From the human T2T-CHM13v2.0 reference genome, Homo sapiens, in NCBI RefSeq assembly GCF_009914755.1, contig NC_060931.1: a stretch of 64,000 bases of DNA. One strand, given 5' to 3'. Positions 61,640 through 64,000 of this stretch are shown piece after piece (the stretch's first letter is position 1; each line of letters begins with the position of its first letter). A program made the translations under genes and the position numbers. The notes under the pieces were generated by a model. That model did not search any database. It worked only from the letters and a program-made list of their open reading frames with translations, and was not told where the DNA came from.

Positions 61640-63030
61640 AAACTGCAGTCCTCTATAGCACAGTGCTTGGTACCTAGTAGGCATACAGCCTAATAGTACC
61701 CTTCCTTAGTTCTGCTGAGTTGATTCCACAAATATTTACGGAGGGCACTCTATAGCCATGTCTATCCTGAGTGCCAGCTATATACCAGGAGCTCACAAGA
61801 GTTTTGCTATTTAGTCTTTACAGTAATTCTTGTAAGCACTATACTCATTAGCACTATTTTACAGATATGAAAACATGAGGCAGAAAGGTTATACGTAACA
61901 TGCCCAAGGTCACACAGCTAGTAAGTTTAGGAGTTCTAATCAGTCTGATTCTCAACGTATCACGTGCTGTGCCAGATGGTAACACCATTAAGAGACACGA
62001 CCTTGCCCTCAGGGAGCTCGCAATCTAGTGAGGAACCAGACATACAAATATGTCCTGCTATCACACCAGTATGTCTGGGTATATTCAAAGTGGTATGAAA
62101 GTTAAGAGGAAAGAGGCCTGTCTAGGTGAGGCATGGAAGGCTCTTGGGAATAATACTTTGGGATTTGAAGGATGAGTCGTGATTGTCCACCTAACCAGAG
62201 ATCAGGGAAACTAGCATTCCAGGCAGGTGGAAAAAAATGCAAAGACCTGTAGGGTATCGGAGTTTGACTCACCCAGAAAGCATTCAGTAGCTTAGGGTAT
62301 GTGAAGGAGGTGACAACAGAGGGGCTGGCACAATAGGTAGGGACCCAACTTATGGCATTTAAATTTTATCTTGGGTTATAGTAAGGCCCTAATGGATTTT
62401 AATCTGAAAAGTGGGATGTCATCAAGACTTGTATGACATGTTGGAGGGAACAAGGGGCAGGAAACCTGTGAGGAGACTTTCAGTCATGGGGAACAGAAGG
62501 TAGTGACAACAGAGATGGAAGCAAAGAGGCTGATAAAAGAGCTAAATGTAGAATTGACCTAACTTGGTGAACACTAGTTCTGTTATTATATTGGAACTCT
62601 CTAAAATGTACTCTTCAGCCTCGTAAAAGCCTTCTTAGGGATGCAAGTCTATGACTGAAGAGAAAAGGAAAGTCATTCACTCACTCATACCTGTTTCCCA
62701 AAGTCTGTCCTTGTTACAGACTTTGCAGATCAGGATGGGGCAGGCCCTGGAGGTCTGTTCAGACCCCGTTTCTCAGTGGCCCAAATAACATCAAGCTGTA
62801 TTATACATAACATTCAGTCACATTATCAAATCATTTTAAGATTCACCATAACCCCTTAAGTTAGAACAAGTCTCATTTTATAGATGATGAAATAACGGAA
62901 GAGTTATGAGGAGTGCTGAAGCCAAATCCTCAAGAAATGGCAGAATTAAGATTTGAACTAAAGCCTGAAATCACGTGCTGGCAAGTGGTGGGTGCTCAGT
63001 AAATATCTGCTGAAAAAGCAAATGAATGAG
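61640..63030. mobile_element. MIR/L2 remnants between the two CpG islands
   Basis: MIR core (CCCAAGGTCACACAGCTAGTAAG) and L2 3'-type motifs. Confidence 0.65.
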
Positions 63031-63379
63031 TGAAGGTTTTTTTATTCCCAGCTCAGTTTACCTCGAGTCCATAAACAATTGATCCTAGAAGCCCACTGGG
63101 AATCCAGAGTAGACATAACACCTACCCTCGCTCCATTGAGAATCTATCAGTCCAGTTCAACTGAACAAGCATTTGTTAGGCCTAATAATGCCTGGCAATG
63201 AGCCAGTCTCCACCGCAGAAGAATTTCATTCCTATTTTGCTATTCTCCTCTCAGATGTTAAAATGAGGCAGGGAAATGACATGTGAAGCTCTTTGGGTCT
63301 ACGGAGTCAAGATCTTCACAAAATCCTGAATGGATGTGCAAGAATAAGCCAGGTCCACAAGTCTGTGGCAAAGTGAGGA

Positions 63380-64000
63380 ACTTCGGCAAAGCGGCCAGCG
63401 CCTGGACTGAGAGGCGGGGCCCGCAGGGCGATCCAAACGAAGGTGGACTTCTCCAACAGCCCAGGAGTGGGTCTGTGACCCCGCCGCCCAAGGCCGGGAA
63501 TCTTACACTGGTTCTGCGGATTGGGAATTAGGAAGTAGGCGTTTTGAGGAACCATGGAAGCTAGCTAGCACTCGGGCACCTTCCCCTACCTCCCGCGCAC
63601 TCTTCACACGACCACCTACTACGCGCAAGTCCCTCGGTGGAAGATGAGGCAGTAAAGGGAGGACCAAGACCCCTAATCGCAGCTTCCACTCCCCAAAGGA
63701 GAGTGGTGCACACGTTCAGTGCTACTGGTTCCCAAGGGCTAAAACCGGAGCCCCTAGGGGCCTGGACGCAACAAACCAAAGCCCAGCGGCCGGCCACTGA
63801 AAATGGGGGCAGGGGCCGCTGCGGAGCGATGAATCCTTTCCTCAGCCGCGCTCGGGCTGCCGGTTCGGCGGCCACAGGCCTGGCAGGCGCGTTAGAGACC
63901 TAGACCCGTTCCCAAGTAAGGGCCGCACGGGACCCAGGCCAGCAGCGGCAACTCGCGGAGCTTCAGCTCCCCTAGGAGCCAGAGCCGGGGGAGGCGGGGC
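63380..64000 (+). promoter_or_regulatory. Second CpG island, truncated by the window end; probably the ARF5 promoter
   Basis: Rising CpG/GC content and GC box GGCGGGGC at the last bases; ARF5 identity is from recall of the locus, no ARF5 coding sequence is in the window. Confidence 0.7.

Overview
Primate, almost certainly human, genomic DNA. The encoded 775-aa protein is GCC1 (GCC88), which I recall maps to human 7q32.1. The right end holds the complete two-exon GCC1 gene on the minus strand (CDS 60861-59830 joined to 58988-57693) with its 3' UTR and poly(A) signals, two overlapping uORFs and a CpG-island promoter carrying an ETS-CRE composite. A second CpG island runs off the window end and, from recall, is the promoter of the divergent ARF5 gene. 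The first ~55 kb is intergenic and dominated by layered transposon remnants: Alu, L1, L2/MIR, MaLR (MST/THE1/MLT), ERVL, ERV1 solo LTRs and DNA transposons. Repeat subfamily names come from remembered consensus sequences, not from a search, and most repeat boundaries are approximate unless a target-site duplication (TSD) is quoted. I find no convincing new gene or new biological system. The most interesting observations are retrotransposition oddities (a probable L1 3' transduction, a possible spliced L1, unique sequence inside an Alu TSD, an orphan local copy of a MaLR PPT junction), a repeat-free CpG/motif-rich candidate enhancer, an 18-unit GGAA array, DUX4/OCT4 motifs in LTRs, and translational-control features of GCC1.
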